Shown: piece by piece, positions 41,096 to 57,600 of the stretch
How the letters are laid out: every line of letters begins with the position of its first letter
Position numbering within the stretch: the stretch's first letter is position 1
NCBI GenBank assembly: GCA_963668645.2
Contig: CAXXWC010000018.1
Location: 1 to 64,000 of the forward strand
Source: Desulfobacterales bacterium
Lineage (GTDB): Bacteria; Desulfobacterota; Desulfobacteria; Desulfobacterales; UBA2174
Reading direction: 5' to 3'
DNA: 64,000 nt
Made by a program: the position numbers and the translations under genes
The notes under the pieces: generated by a model
Databases searched by the model: none
Told to the model about the DNA's origin: nothing
What the model saw: the letters and a program-made list of their open reading frames with translations, nothing else

Positions 41096-41425
41096 ATGCT
41101 ATACGCCGAACGCGACCCCGATGGCAAGATCATCGCTTTGAGCCGCATAAAAACTCCGGGCGCCGAGGAGATCACCTCGGCCATGGACGAGGAGCTGGTC
41201 GAGTTTCTCGACCGCAACGGCGACGGCGTCGATCCGCGTTCTTTGCTCGGAGCCACCGACAGCGGCCTGATCCGGGTTATCGAAGATTTGATCAACATCC
41301 TGATCGACAAAAAAGTCATCCGCTTCACCGATCTGCCCGTGGAAGTCCAAAAGAAGATCAACGCCCGCCAGAAGATCCGCCAGCGGCTTTCGGACGAAAC
41401 CCTCATGGTGGATGATATCCTCTGA
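41096..41425 (+). CDS. Conserved small protein associated with lap loci
   Basis: MLYAERDPDGKIIAL ... TDSGLIRVIEDLINILIDKKVIRFTDLP..QKK matches the small family that accompanies T1SS/Lap operons. Confidence 0.7.
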   Translation: MLYAERDPDGKIIALSRIKTPGAEEITSAMDEELVEFLDRNGDGVDPRSLLGATDSGLIRVIEDLINILIDKKVIRFTDLPVEVQKKINARQKIRQRLSDETLMVDDIL

Positions 41426-41466
41426 GACTAGGCCGGCCCCTGACGCGGCCAGCCATCGGCCCGGTT

Positions 41467-46530
<5,064 letters not shown>

Positions 46531-46586
46531 CGGCATCACCTTTAACGGTTCTTGAAAGGGCCCGGCGCCGGTCTTCCCGACGGCGG

Positions 46587-47270
46587 TTAGAGTTCTTTTC
46601 CCGCCATCCGATCCTGGAGCCCCTCCCAGGCCTTGAGTCGACTGCTGCTTCCGGTCAATTTGCCCCGGCCCCGCTCTTTGGCCAGCCACAGTCCTGTGCC
46701 GTTAAAGCTGAAAATGGGCATCAGATCCTTTCGGCGGGAAGCCGGGGCGATGGTGTCGATCAGGTTGTCCAGAACCAGCGGTTCGGCTCCCGGGTGGCTG
46801 TAATAGGTCAACACCATATGGTGTATGTTGTACTGCAATGCCTTTACATAGGTGATGTTGAGTCGGTCTTCGGCCACGCCCATGGCCTTGAGGGTAAAAA
46901 ATTTGGCAATGGCAAAATCCTCGCAGTCACCCGCCGCACGGGCGATCAATTCATAGGGGGTGGCCCAGTAGTCTTTGACCCCGTAAAGATCGACGTCGTT
47001 GACGAACCGGATCATGCCGTTGAAAAACGCGTTGACCTTTTCGAGCTTTTCACGGTCTGCGGGGCTGGCATCCTGGCGGATCAAATTCTGCCATTGCAGC
47101 AAGCGCGATACCGCATCCTGGCCGTATTTTTCTTTGGCCGTTTTGAGCACCCGCTGGCTGATCTGGAAAGGCTCCCGAGGCGAGACCGGGGCGGACAGAA
47201 ATGCCCATCCTCCCAGCGCCAGCAACAGGAGTGCCCGGTTTCTGATTTGAAGGCGCGGCAATGCGATCAT
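46587..47270 (-). CDS. lapG: LapG periplasmic transglutaminase-like cysteine protease
   Basis: KVNAFFN, DYWATP, GDCEDFAIAK, HMVLTYY and VLDNL (Cys-His-Asp triad), FSFNG. Confidence 0.92.
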   Translation of the reverse strand: MIALPRLQIRNRALLLLALGGWAFLSAPVSPREPFQISQRVLKTAKEKYGQDAVSRLLQWQNLIRQDASPADREKLEKVNAFFNGMIRFVNDVDLYGVKDYWATPYELIARAAGDCEDFAIAKFFTLKAMGVAEDRLNITYVKALQYNIHHMVLTYYSHPGAEPLVLDNLIDTIAPASRRKDLMPIFSFNGTGLWLAKERGRGKLTGSSSRLKAWEGLQDRMAGKEL

Positions 47271-47401
47271 CAAAGAGGCACCTCGTGACAGGCCGCAACG
47301 GGGCGTGGCGTCGCGGCCTGTCTGGAGCCGGGTACCAACGAAGACTCCCTGCAAAAGGCTTTTCAGGGGATTTTATCGCTTTGTCGGTCCGGGGACAATC
47401 T

Positions 47402-48760
47402 TCACGGCAAGGCAGGCCGCATCTCAGAGGCTGCAGGGACCACGAAGCCCTCCGATTTCGTCTCGTCTACCAGACTCTCTTCTGGCCATTCGAGGCCAAG
47501 GGTGTGTACCAGCTTGCCCATGGCGCCAAGGACGCGGTATTCGGCGTACGTTTTATCGTAGAGGGCACCGACCAGGTCGGATTTGGCGTTGATGTACTCG
47601 GCCTGGGTGTCGAGCACATCGAACATGGTGCGCCGTCCCACCATCCACTGTTTGACGAAGGCATCCACCGTCATGCCGGCGGCTTCGACGTATTTTTGCA
47701 GATGGACGGTCTTTCGGGTGGTCGCTTTGTAAGCCTCCCAGGAGAGGCGGATCGATTGGATCGCCTGGCGTTTGGTATTCTTGTAAATCTCGTTCGCTTC
47801 CTTGATCTGGTTCAAGGTTTCGGCGATCCGCGCGCTGTCGTAGCCGCCATTGAAGATATTGAGGCGCATCACGGTGGCAGCGGTGAATTCTTCGCTGTAG
47901 CCCTCCCGATCCACGTCGTTCTCCCAGCTGTAGTCGGCCGTCAGATCGAGTTTCGGGTAGGCGTCACTTTTGGCGGTTTTATACTGAAACTCTCGTGCCT
48001 CCAGGTCTGCCCGGGCCGACTTGATCAGGGGGTAGTTGCCGATGGTCAGTTCTATCGCCTTTTCAATGTTTTCGGGTAAATCGACATCCGCCGGGCCTGG
48101 TTTGATCAGCGCCGCGGGGGGGATGCCGATCACGGCGAGGTAGTCGGTTTTGGCGTCCTCCAAATTTGCGAGGGTGACCACGATATTTGACTGGGCCAGA
48201 GCAAGACGCCCCATGACCTGGTCAAGATCGGCTTTGCGCTCGACTCCCGATTCGCTGCGCAGCTTCATCTGGTCGTAAATTCTCTGGTGGTTGACGAGGT
48301 TCTCCTGGGCCAGTTCGTGCAGTTCCTCGGCCCGCAGCACATTCAGATAGGCCTTGGCAGCTTGCAAAGAGACGTATTCTGAGTTGGCCTGGATCAGGTA
48401 GGCCTGGGATTTGACGCGCGATTTCTGCCTCTGGACCTCGTTGGTCGTCACCCCGAAGCTGAAAAGGTTCTGGCGCAACCCGAGAACGGATGAGCGTGGA
48501 TATAAATCTTGGCGGAACGGATGTTCCTGGCGGTTGGCGCCGATTCCCGCGGTGAGGCCCAGGGTCGGAAAGAATCCGGCACGCGCCTTTTCAACTTCCT
48601 GATCGCGGGCCAGGCGGTTGTATGCGTTGGCCCGAATCTCTGGATTGGTGGCCAATACATGGCCGATGGCATCGTGGAGCGTATCCGCCAGAGCGATTTG
48701 GTCCGCAACGGCCAAGAAGCTTATCAAGATAAGGGGCAATCGTTTCAGCCATATCTTCAT
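47402..48760 (-). CDS. lapE: TolC-family type I secretion outer-membrane protein
   Basis: Signal peptide, ATNPEI, AGFFPTL and GRRTMFDVLDT; first gene of the lapEGD unit. Confidence 0.85.
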   Translation of the reverse strand: MKIWLKRLPLILISFLAVADQIALADTLHDAIGHVLATNPEIRANAYNRLARDQEVEKARAGFFPTLGLTAGIGANRQEHPFRQDLYPRSSVLGLRQNLFSFGVTTNEVQRQKSRVKSQAYLIQANSEYVSLQAAKAYLNVLRAEELHELAQENLVNHQRIYDQMKLRSESGVERKADLDQVMGRLALAQSNIVVTLANLEDAKTDYLAVIGIPPAALIKPGPADVDLPENIEKAIELTIGNYPLIKSARADLEAREFQYKTAKSDAYPKLDLTADYSWENDVDREGYSEEFTAATVMRLNIFNGGYDSARIAETLNQIKEANEIYKNTKRQAIQSIRLSWEAYKATTRKTVHLQKYVEAAGMTVDAFVKQWMVGRRTMFDVLDTQAEYINAKSDLVGALYDKTYAEYRVLGAMGKLVHTLGLEWPEESLVDETKSEGFVVPAASEMRPALP

Positions 48761-49168
48761 GACGGTGTCCTCTCTTTCCTTTTGGCTCCTGCCGCGATTC
48801 CAGACAGACTTTCTCGATAACTTTCTAGGCTAGATGGCGGATCAACACAGGCTGAATTGTACCATTCTTACTATTTTAATTCTTTCTAAAACAGGGCCAA
48901 CAGGGCTGACAAGAAGAAGTTGATTTTTTTGTTGAAATATTATGCCATTTGACTCGGACATGAATATGGAACCTAAGCATTCCCCTGAAATATTTCAAGT
49001 AAAATTTTTACGGTTTCCAATATTAGACAAGACGTCAATCGGACACAGGTTCAAACAAGTGCATCGAATTGAATCGTGGCAAAAATTTTGTTAATTTTTA
49101 ATGAAGATTTTGGATGACTTGACCGCGCTACGCCATGGCGGTCCAAAAGAAACCCCCGGGCAGGGGAG

Positions 49169-50797
49169 TTATTCATCGGTCGGCGCACCTCCGGGGGCCA
49201 CGATGCCTCGACGTTCAAGGAGTGAACCGTCCTGGCGGTAGAGCTCGACCAGAGCCTTGAGGTAGTCGGTCAGGGCGCCGACCTCGGCGATGCGGCTGGC
49301 CAGCAGATCGCGCTGGGCCTGGGCCACGAGGAAGCTGGTGGACTTGCCCACCCGCAGCTTTTCGGTTTCGATGCGCAGCTTCTCTTCGTCCAAGCGCCGG
49401 GTGGCGGCCGAAGCGTCAATCTGTTGCCGGGTGCGGCGCACCTCAATACAGGCGGCACGCACATCGACTTCCACCAGTTGGCAGAGGTTTTCCAGGGCCC
49501 TGCGGGCCTGATCGCGGGATTTGAGGGCGTGCCGGTGAAGGGCACCGGCCTTTCGGTTGGCCAGCGGATAGGCGATCCGGACCCCCGCCAGGGCGTCGAA
49601 ACCGTCTCGGTCCAGATCCTCCACCGCAGCTGCGAATGAATGGGCATAGCCACTCTTTGCGATAGTGATAAAAAAATCCATCACCGGAAGCAGGCCGTTG
49701 CGGGTCCGGATAATCTCCAAATCACCGCGTTGGATCGCCAGGCGCGCCTGATTGACCATCGGATGTCGCCTCAGGGCTGCGGTCACGTGTTTGGCCGCAT
49801 CCGCCACCACGACTTCGGGGGCTGCTGCGGCATGGATCACTTCCACTTCCCGATCCCAGACGGCGGCCAACGGCGGATTGATCAGCCGCAGCAGGCGCAG
49901 GCGGATGGTCTCCTTTCTGGCTTGGGCCTCGATCAGCGCTTGTTCCTGGGCCGCGACCTCGGCCCGCACGGCCGCGAGTTCGGCTCTTGCCAGGCGGCCG
50001 ACGGAGATCAATTCCTCGGTTTCCCGCAGCTGTTGGCGAACCACTGTAAGTGATTTTTCCACGATCTCGATACGCCGGCGTGCCAGGGCATAGTCCCAAA
50101 AGGTGTTTTCGACCTCCGCCACCAGGGTTTCGGCAAAGCTTCGCAGTTCGAATTCCGACATTCGGGTGTCGAGCCGGGCTTGATCCAGCCGGGCCAGGTT
50201 CACCTGTCTGCCTGCACCCTGCAAGAGGGGCTGGGTGGCCGTCAGGCCCAGGCGGGTGGACTGAAGCCTCCTTTGTTTATACGAGGCATCCTCCATCTGG
50301 GTCCCGGCCTCCACGGCCAGCGTGGCGCCGGTGGGAAACAACCGGGTCAGTGAGATCATTCCGTCCAGAGTATCGGTGGTAAAGGCGGTCAAACGGGATT
50401 CGGAGTCCTCGAGGCGCTCGCCTCGAGTCCGGCCCACGGCCGTCTCGAGGTTCAGTACCGGATCAAAATCGGATTGCACCTGGTCTTCGAAGGTTTGCTG
50501 AATCTCGGGCACCAAACGCTGGACCACCAGGGAGCGGTTGTGTTCCAGACAAAGCATCCTGGCATCGTGGATGCTGATCTGCAATGGCCCTGTGTCCGCA
50601 GGGGGCAGGGCCGCCATCCCATCGCGCTGTTCGGTTGCTGCCGGTTTCATCGCAATGTCCCTTTGGACCGTTCGCGCCGGTCCGCCGATCCCTTTTTCAC
50701 TCCATACTGTGATTGGGGCGCAGGAGGCGGCCACCGCCAGCCAGCAGATCCCCGCCGCCAGGATGAGTTTGCGTTTGCCCGGACCGATAGCCGGCAT
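49169..50797 (-). CDS. TolC-family outer-membrane efflux protein
   Basis: Lipobox-like AASC, TQPLLQGAG and KLRVGKSTSFLVAQAQRDL; divergent from the RND genes. Confidence 0.8.
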   Translation of the reverse strand: MPAIGPGKRKLILAAGICWLAVAASCAPITVWSEKGIGGPARTVQRDIAMKPAATEQRDGMAALPPADTGPLQISIHDARMLCLEHNRSLVVQRLVPEIQQTFEDQVQSDFDPVLNLETAVGRTRGERLEDSESRLTAFTTDTLDGMISLTRLFPTGATLAVEAGTQMEDASYKQRRLQSTRLGLTATQPLLQGAGRQVNLARLDQARLDTRMSEFELRSFAETLVAEVENTFWDYALARRRIEIVEKSLTVVRQQLRETEELISVGRLARAELAAVRAEVAAQEQALIEAQARKETIRLRLLRLINPPLAAVWDREVEVIHAAAAPEVVVADAAKHVTAALRRHPMVNQARLAIQRGDLEIIRTRNGLLPVMDFFITIAKSGYAHSFAAAVEDLDRDGFDALAGVRIAYPLANRKAGALHRHALKSRDQARRALENLCQLVEVDVRAACIEVRRTRQQIDASAATRRLDEEKLRIETEKLRVGKSTSFLVAQAQRDLLASRIAEVGALTDYLKALVELYRQDGSLLERRGIVAPGGAPTDE

Positions 50798-51079
50798 ATG
50801 CGCTACACCCCTTTCGATTGCAAGTTCGAGCGTCATCGGCAAGCGCGCGGTGCGCGGGCCTGTCCACCCCATGGGCTGATATTCTTCTAGGCCATCTCGG
50901 CCTTTTCATCAAATCATTTTCCCTTATCCATGCTAAAGTGCAAAGGATCGATTTTTCTTGCAGCCCTATTTTCAAAAAGGCAATATCGCCATTGCCGGCG
51001 CGGCCCGGAGCTGATTTCCAGTATGATCCGAGAGATCCGCTGCGCTGCCGGTTACCCCATCCGCAATGAGGTGCCCCTT

Positions 51080-52294
51080 ATGGCAGGGAATGGCTCGAAA
51101 ACCAGAATTTTCTTCCTGGTCTTTATCGCCGGGGCGGCACTGGCTGGCTGGGCGATATTTCTTCAGATCGTCAACCACAGCGGCGAGCAGGCCGGCAGCG
51201 TGGCCCACGGTCCGGTGCCGGTGGAGGTCGCACCCGTGAAGCAGGGGCCGATCATGCGCCGGCATACTTTCAGCGGCGAGTTGGAGGCCAGGGCCGAATT
51301 CATGGTGGCGCCGAAAGTCGGTGGCCGGGTCGAACGCGTCATGGTCAACATCGCCGATACCGTGGTGCGCGGCCAGGTTGTGGCTGAACTGGACAACGAT
51401 GAGTATGTCCAGGCGGTCGTTCAAACCAAGGCCGACCTGCTCGTGGCCAAGGCCAATCTGTCCGAGGCCCGAAGCGCCCTGGAGATCGCCGATCGCGAGT
51501 TCAAACGCACCGCCTCCCTTTTGAAGACCGGGATCGCTTCGGATTCCGACTACGATGCCGCGCGCAAGGAGCAGCTGGCCAAGCAGGCTCAGCTCGAGGT
51601 GGCCGCCGCCCAGGTGGCCAAGGCCGCGGCCGTGCTGGAGACCGCCAACATCCGGCTCGGCTACACCCAGGTCATCGCAGGCTGGAGCGGCGGCGACGAG
51701 CACCGGGTGGTGGCCGAACGTTTCGTGGACGAAGGGCAGACCGTGGCGGCCAATGCGCCGCTGCTTTCCATCGTCGAACTGCATCCCATTGTGGGGATCG
51801 TCTTTGTTACCGAAAGGGATTATGCCCATCTGGCCCCCGGGCAGCCCGTGGCGCTTTTTACTGATGCCTACCCGGGGGAGTCCTTTGCCGGCCGTATCGA
51901 TCGTATCGCTCCGGTTTTCCGGCAATCGACCCGCCAGGCGCGGGTTGAGATGGTGGTTCAAAATCCCCGCCACCGGCTCAAACCCGGGATGTTCATACGC
52001 GCCACCGTCGTTCTTGAGCAGGTGGCCGAAGCGACCCTGGTGCCGGCCCAGGCTTTGACCACGCGCGCCGACCGCACCGGCGTTTTCCTTGTCAGCGGGG
52101 ACGGGCGTTCCGTGCGCTGGCGGGAGGTTGCGGTGGGGATTCGCGAGGACCAGTGGGTGCAGGTGGACGGGGCAGATCTGGCCGGAAGAGTCGTTACCCT
52201 GGGCCAGGAACTGGTCGAAGACGGCGCTGCGATTACGATTCCCGGGGCGGGCTCCAAAACATCGCCGGTTCCCGCCAAGGACGCCTCTCGATGA
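51080..52294 (+). CDS. RND efflux periplasmic adaptor subunit
   Basis: N-terminal [11 protein letters not shown], lipoyl/hairpin pattern and LKPGMF. Confidence 0.88.
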   Translation: MAGNGSKTRIFFLVFIAGAALAGWAIFLQIVNHSGEQAGSVAHGPVPVEVAPVKQGPIMRRHTFSGELEARAEFMVAPKVGGRVERVMVNIADTVVRGQVVAELDNDEYVQAVVQTKADLLVAKANLSEARSALEIADREFKRTASLLKTGIASDSDYDAARKEQLAKQAQLEVAAAQVAKAAAVLETANIRLGYTQVIAGWSGGDEHRVVAERFVDEGQTVAANAPLLSIVELHPIVGIVFVTERDYAHLAPGQPVALFTDAYPGESFAGRIDRIAPVFRQSTRQARVEMVVQNPRHRLKPGMFIRATVVLEQVAEATLVPAQALTTRADRTGVFLVSGDGRSVRWREVAVGIREDQWVQVDGADLAGRVVTLGQELVEDGAAITIPGAGSKTSPVPAKDASR

Positions 52295-55200
52295 ACCTGC
52301 CGAGCTTCAGTGTTCGAAGGCCGGTTTTTACCACCATGACGGCTCTGATCCTGGTGATTCTCGGATTTGTGGCCTTGACCAGGCTCCAGATCGACATGCT
52401 GCCCAACATCGAGCTGACCACCCTGACCATCCGCGCCGAATACGAGGGGGCCAGCCCCGCGGTGATGGAGCGGCTGGTAACCCAGGTTATCGAGGAGGTC
52501 GTAGCGACCGTGCCGGGGGTGGAACAGATTAATTCCACCTCCTCGGAGGGCCAGAGCCGAATCCGGGTTACTTTTATCTGGGGCACGTCCATCGATACGG
52601 CGGCCATCGACGTGCAGGGCCGGATCGAAGACGAAATCGAGGAGCTGCCCGAGGATATCGCCCGCCCGCAGATCCGTAAATTCGATATTGCCAGTTTCCC
52701 TGTGGTCATTTTGGGCATTTCCAGCAGCCTGGATCCGGTGGCCCTCACCGAGTTGATCGAGGTTCAGGTCCGCAATCGCTTCGCCCGTATTCCGGGGGTG
52801 GCCCAGGTGGATATCTGGGGCGGGTTTAACCGCGAGATCCGTATCGCCCTGGATCCCGACCGCCTCAAGGCGGTGGGGTTGTCGCTGGACCGGGTAATCA
52901 AGGCCGTCGGCGATGCCAACCTCGATCTTCCGGCCGGAAAAATCGAAGAGGGCCGTTACGAGGTTACCCTGCGTGCACCGGCGGAATTCACCAGCCTGGA
53001 TCAGATCGGCGAGACCGTGATTTCCCGGCGGGACGGGGCTGTGGTTACCCTGGGGCAGATCGCCGAAATTCAGGATACTTACGAAAAACGAACACGCATC
53101 GTACGGGTCAACGGCGAACGGGGGCTGCGGGTCGGCATCCGAAAGCAGGCCAGTGCCAACACGGTCGAGGTCTCCCGGCGTATTCTAACGGAGATTGCGG
53201 CCGTCAACCGGGCATTCCCGCAGATTTCGGTGGTCCCGGTGATCAATCAGGGCAACTTCATTCAGCGCTCCATCGCCAACGTCGCCGGTTCGGTTCTCTA
53301 CGGAGGCGGGCTGGCCATCGTGGTGCTGCTCTTTTTCCTGCGCAACATCCGCAGCACCCTGATCATTTCCCTTTCGATCCCCATCTCCATTATCGCCACT
53401 TTCGCACTGATTTTCTTTGCCGGATTTACCCTCAACCTCATGACCCTCGGCGGCCTGGCCCTGGGGGTGGGCATGATGGTCGACAGCTCCATCGTCGTGC
53501 TGGAGAATATCTTTCGGCGCCGCGCGGAGAACGGGGAAGCACCGTTTACCGCCGCGGTGGAAGGGGCACGGGAGGTCGGGCCGGCCATTGTCGCCAGCAC
53601 CCTGACCACCCTGGCCATTTTTTTGCCGCTCAGTTTTGTACGCGGCGTTTCGGGAGCTCTTTTTAAGGAATTGGCCTGCGTCGTTATCTTCGCCTTGGTT
53701 TGCTCGCTGTTGGTCGCCTTGACCCTGGTGCCCATGCTGGCCTCACGGCTTTTGAGCACCGTGGGGCCGGCCCAGACCTTGCCGCGTCCTCGGATCCAGC
53801 GCTGGGCCGGCACCGCCCTGGCCCTTTTCAAGGGGCTGGAAGCCGCGTATCTCGATTTGCTGCGAAGCGCGCTGGCCCATCGGTTCGTTACCGTTTTGGC
53901 GGCCATGGCCATGCTGGGGGCCAGCCTGCTGCTGCTTCCCCTGATCGGCAGTGAGTTCATGCCTCCCAGCGACGAAGGCGAAGTGCGCGTCACCGGCAAG
54001 ATGGAAATCGGCACCCGCCTCGACCTGGTCGATGGTCAGACCCGCATCATGGAGGCCATCGTCCAGGCGGCGGTGCCCGAAACCCAGGCCTCGGTAGTGA
54101 GCGTGGGGGCCACCGGGTGGCGCGCGGATGCCGGTTCGGAGGGCGAAATTCGCCTTTCCCTGCTTCCGGCAACCCGGCGCGATCGCTCCAACGTGCAGAT
54201 CGCCCATGATCTGCGCCAGCGCCTGGCCGGCCGGGTCCCCGGGATGGAGATTCGCACCCGGGCGCCCCAGGGGCAGTTCCTGCTCGATCGCCTGCTTGGC
54301 GGAGATGAAGGGCTGACCGTGGAAATCCGAGGCCCGGAATTGGCTGCCCTGGACGCTCTGGCCCAGCGGGTGGTCGCCGAGGTGGTCGACGTGCCGGGGA
54401 TCACCGACGTGCAGCGCAGTATCGAAGCCGGTATCCCCCAGCAGGCGTTCCGGATCAATCGCGAAAAGGTGGCCGACCTCGGCCTGAGCGTGCGAGATTT
54501 GACCGAAATGCTGCAGACCGCAGTGGCCGGTGCCAAGGCCGGGGAGTACCGCACCGGAGGCAATGCGCATCGCATCTGGGTGCAGCTCAAGGATGCGGAA
54601 AAACGCTCCTTGGACGAGATCCTCGATCTTACCCTGACGACGGCTTCCGGCGAAGTGGTGGCGTTGCGCAACCTGGTGACGGTCGAGGCGAGCCGCGGCC
54701 CGCTGCTCATCGAGCGCCAGGATCAGCAGCGCCGGGTCACTGTCCAGGCTAATCTATCCGGGCGGGATATGGGGTCGGTGGCCCGGGAGGTTCAGGCCCG
54801 CCTGGATGGTATCCCGAGGCCGGTGGACTATACGCTGACGGTCTCCGGCACGTACGAAGAGCAGCAAAAAGCCTTCCGGGAATTGCTGGTTTCCCTGGTC
54901 CTGGCGCTGGTCCTGGTCTACATGGTGCTCGCCTGCCAATACGAATCGCTGCGAGATCCCCTGGTGGTGATGTTTTCCGTGCCCCTGGCGGCCGTGGGAG
55001 TGCTGGTGACCCTGTTCTTGACCGCCACGACCCTCAACGTGCAGTCTTTCATCGGCTGCATCATGCTCGGTGGAATCGCGGTCAACAACGCGATCCTGCT
55101 GGTGGACCAAGCCGCCCACCTGATAGGCGGGGGAATGGAGATCCGGCAGGCCCTGGTCGAGGCCGGCCGCCGCCGCTTGCGCCCGATCCTGATGACCACC

Positions 55201-55365
55201 TTGACCACTATTCTCGGTCTTCTGCCCCTGGCGCTGGGGGTGGGCGAAGGGGCCGAAGCTCAAGCCCCCCTGGCCCGGGCGGTGGTGGGCGGGCTGGCGA
55301 CCTCCACCCTGATTACCCTGGTTCTGATTCCGGCCCTTTACTCCCTGTTCCACCGCGGGCGGTGA
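52291..55365 (+). CDS. RND efflux permease (AcrB/MdtB-like)
   Basis: [20 protein letters not shown] and [24 protein letters not shown] overlap with the adaptor gene. Confidence 0.92.
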   Translation: MNLPSFSVRRPVFTTMTALILVILGFVALTRLQIDMLPNIELTTLTIRAEYEGASPAVMERLVTQVIEEVVATVPGVEQINSTSSEGQSRIRVTFIWGTSIDTAAIDVQGRIEDEIEELPEDIARPQIRKFDIASFPVVILGISSSLDPVALTELIEVQVRNRFARIPGVAQVDIWGGFNREIRIALDPDRLKAVGLSLDRVIKAVGDANLDLPAGKIEEGRYEVTLRAPAEFTSLDQIGETVISRRDGAVVTLGQIAEIQDTYEKRTRIVRVNGERGLRVGIRKQASANTVEVSRRILTEIAAVNRAFPQISVVPVINQGNFIQRSIANVAGSVLYGGGLAIVVLLFFLRNIRSTLIISLSIPISIIATFALIFFAGFTLNLMTLGGLALGVGMMVDSSIVVLENIFRRRAENGEAPFTAAVEGAREVGPAIVASTLTTLAIFLPLSFVRGVSGALFKELACVVIFALVCSLLVALTLVPMLASRLLSTVGPAQTLPRPRIQRWAGTALALFKGLEAAYLDLLRSALAHRFVTVLAAMAMLGASLLLLPLIGSEFMPPSDEGEVRVTGKMEIGTRLDLVDGQTRIMEAIVQAAVPETQASVVSVGATGWRADAGSEGEIRLSLLPATRRDRSNVQIAHDLRQRLAGRVPGMEIRTRAPQGQFLLDRLLGGDEGLTVEIRGPELAALDALAQRVVAEVVDVPGITDVQRSIEAGIPQQAFRINREKVADLGLSVRDLTEMLQTAVAGAKAGEYRTGGNAHRIWVQLKDAEKRSLDEILDLTLTTASGEVVALRNLVTVEASRGPLLIERQDQQRRVTVQANLSGRDMGSVAREVQARLDGIPRPVDYTLTVSGTYEEQQKAFRELLVSLVLALVLVYMVLACQYESLRDPLVVMFSVPLAAVGVLVTLFLTATTLNVQSFIGCIMLGGIAVNNAILLVDQAAHLIGGGMEIRQALVEAGRRRLRPILMTTLTTILGLLPLALGVGEGAEAQAPLARAVVGGLATSTLITLVLIPALYSLFHRGR

Positions 55366-55388
55366 AGGTGTGAATCGGATTCGATCGT

Positions 55389-55601
55389 CTAGTTGTTAGA
55401 CCGGCAAACGGTATAGGTTTCAGACCCGTTTTCTTTGGCGCACGAGACCATTGTGGCCAGCACCCGCTGAAAGCGATCCAGGGCCTTGCAGGTCTCCATG
55501 CACCGGGGGAAGTCACAATGCCTCGGGCAGCCGCGACAGGGGCTGCGAGTCACATCGCCCACCTCGAAATCGAATGCGACCTTGATGATTTCGCGTTTCA
55601 T
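55389..55601 (-). CDS. Small Cys-rich hypothetical protein
   Basis: GAGGAG RBS; SPCRGC...FPRCMETC. Confidence 0.6.
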   Translation of the reverse strand: MKREIIKVAFDFEVGDVTRSPCRGCPRHCDFPRCMETCKALDRFQRVLATMVSCAKENGSETYTVCRSNN

Positions 55602-55855
55602 GGCGTCCTCCTCGGTCGGGGTTGTCTTTGCTTATCAGCAGAGCTGATGCTTCCGATCTTCCCCCTACCCGACGCGTATCAACGCCGCTATGGGACAGCG
55701 CACGGGAAAACTGTGACATTCTACCCAAGAGCGGGGCGATGACGTTGACAATTTCTGTTTGCAGGTTAGGTTAGGCCACGTTGCGCCAACCCGATCAATA
55801 TGCGGGCATTTTTGACGAAATACGTCTGCCACCTCAACCTTTTTGGAGGAAATCC

Positions 55856-56533
55856 ATGGCCATCGAAACCTTGGAAGAAGTGCGCCAGAGAGTCTTCAGT
55901 ATGACCAAGCCCCATTGTCCTGCCTGTGGGCAGGAAATGACCATTTACGAAGTGCCGCCGATCAATTTCAGCGATGGACTCGGATGGGGGGAGCCGTACC
56001 TGTTCATCTGCTTCAACGATGAGTGCTCCCTTTACAAAAGCGGCTGGGATCACATCAACGAAACCTATGCCCATAATGCCTCCTACCGGCAGATGTGCTA
56101 CCCGAGTTCGGGGGTCTTCGAGGTCATGCCGGTGTTCGGGCCGGATGGGGGCAAGGGGCAGATCATCGACGATGAGGTCCGGGCGGCCGAGGAGGCCCTC
56201 AAGGAGAACATCAAACGGGGGTTCAATATCCTGGCCCAGTGTTACGTCGACAAGGATGGGGTGACCATGCTGCGCTTGTTGATGGACCCGACCGAACCGG
56301 TGCGGGTGAGGCTCAAAGCCGCCGAGATGATCGGTGACATCGGCGAACTGGAAGCGATCGAGCCGATCCGCAACCTGCGGGTGGGCAATGAAAAGCTCCA
56401 GGAGGCGGTCGACAAGGCGGTCGGCCATATTCACGAGCGCTTCTTTACCCGTGAATGTCCTTTCTGTGCCGAGATCATCAAACGCCGGGCCAAGGTGTGC
56501 AAGCACTGCGGCAAGGATGTGGCGGGGGTCTGA
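55856..56533 (+). CDS. Zinc-ribbon plus HEAT-repeat protein
   Basis: CPAC...CFNDEC, a HEAT-like repeat (VRLKAAEMIGDIG) and C-terminal CPFC...CKHC; GGAG RBS. Confidence 0.75.
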   Translation: MAIETLEEVRQRVFSMTKPHCPACGQEMTIYEVPPINFSDGLGWGEPYLFICFNDECSLYKSGWDHINETYAHNASYRQMCYPSSGVFEVMPVFGPDGGKGQIIDDEVRAAEEALKENIKRGFNILAQCYVDKDGVTMLRLLMDPTEPVRVRLKAAEMIGDIGELEAIEPIRNLRVGNEKLQEAVDKAVGHIHERFFTRECPFCAEIIKRRAKVCKHCGKDVAGV

Positions 56534-56589
56534 TTCATTTTAAGCGATGAGTTTCGGGCTCACCTGGAAGGCCTGAAGCGAGGTGGTTC

Positions 56590-57411
56590 TTGGCTCTTTC
56601 CGTGGTCGATCTTTACCGGGAGGTTCTGCCGCGCACCAATTGCGGTGATTGCGGTTACCCGACCTGCCTGGCTTTTGCCAGTATGGTGGTGTCGGAAAAA
56701 CTGCCTCTTGCCCGGTGTCCCCACCTTGTCCCGGAAGTCGTGGTCCGACATCAACCCGAGCTCGATGCCCAGCACGCGGCGGGTAAGTGGACCCGCCGCG
56801 ATCTGGTCGCCGACGCGCTGACGTGGGCGCGCCAACGGGCTGCCTCCATGGATTTGGCCGATCTGCCCGGGCGCATCGGCGGGGTGCTGAGCGAGGCGGC
56901 CGGTGAGACGGTTCTGGCGCTGCCCTATTTCGAAGGGGTGATCCATATCGGCCGTAGCGCAATCAGGCATCCGGACGGCAGTGATCTGGGCCGCTGGGAG
57001 CAAGTGTTTATTTTAAACCACCTGGCCCAGGGCGGATCACGCCATCCCACCGGCCGCTGGAAAGCGCTCCAGGAATTTCCCAACACGGTCTCCAAGATCA
57101 AGTCCACGGGCACCCATGTGGAAGCCCCGTTGCGCGAGCGCTTCAGCGGCCGCCGGGATGAACTGGCCTCGAGGGCCTTGGCTTTGGGAGGCATTGATCT
57201 GACGGCCGAGACCGCCTCGGCCGATCTGGCCGTCCGCTTTCAGCCCCTGCCCCGGGTTCCGGTGATGCTTCTTTTCTGGGATGCGGATTGCGAATCTGGA
57301 TTTGAAGCCGAAGTCAAGCTTTCCTTTGACGAGACCATCGTCGAACACCTCGACATCGAGTCGATCATGTTTCTCAGCGAGCATCTGGCAAAGCGGCTGA
57401 TAGCCGATTGA
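56590..57411 (+). CDS. Fe-S-binding N-terminal domain plus DUF3786 protein
   Basis: LPRTNCGDCGYPTCLAFA...CP (CdhE/RnfB-type Fe-S motif), PLPRVP and LDIESI. Confidence 0.75.
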   Translation: MALSVVDLYREVLPRTNCGDCGYPTCLAFASMVVSEKLPLARCPHLVPEVVVRHQPELDAQHAAGKWTRRDLVADALTWARQRAASMDLADLPGRIGGVLSEAAGETVLALPYFEGVIHIGRSAIRHPDGSDLGRWEQVFILNHLAQGGSRHPTGRWKALQEFPNTVSKIKSTGTHVEAPLRERFSGRRDELASRALALGGIDLTAETASADLAVRFQPLPRVPVMLLFWDADCESGFEAEVKLSFDETIVEHLDIESIMFLSEHLAKRLIAD

Positions 57412-57600
57412 TTCGCGCCGGTGTGCGAACATCGAAACAGTTGACCATGAATGGGATTTTGCGGCGTGCGTCTTGATGTCAAGCCTTCTATCCAGGTAAG
57501 ATGCCCGGTGACCGGCAAAGCGGCCTTTATCGAACCATCGGTGAGCCGGCCCGGGCTCTGTTTCGCACCTCGTGAAGAAAATCCGTAACCGGTGACGTTC

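Noticed and set aside
48932..48947. Sigma54 promoter upstream of lapE
   Set aside because: The minus strand reads TGGCAT-AATAT-TTCAA, lacking the -12 GC.
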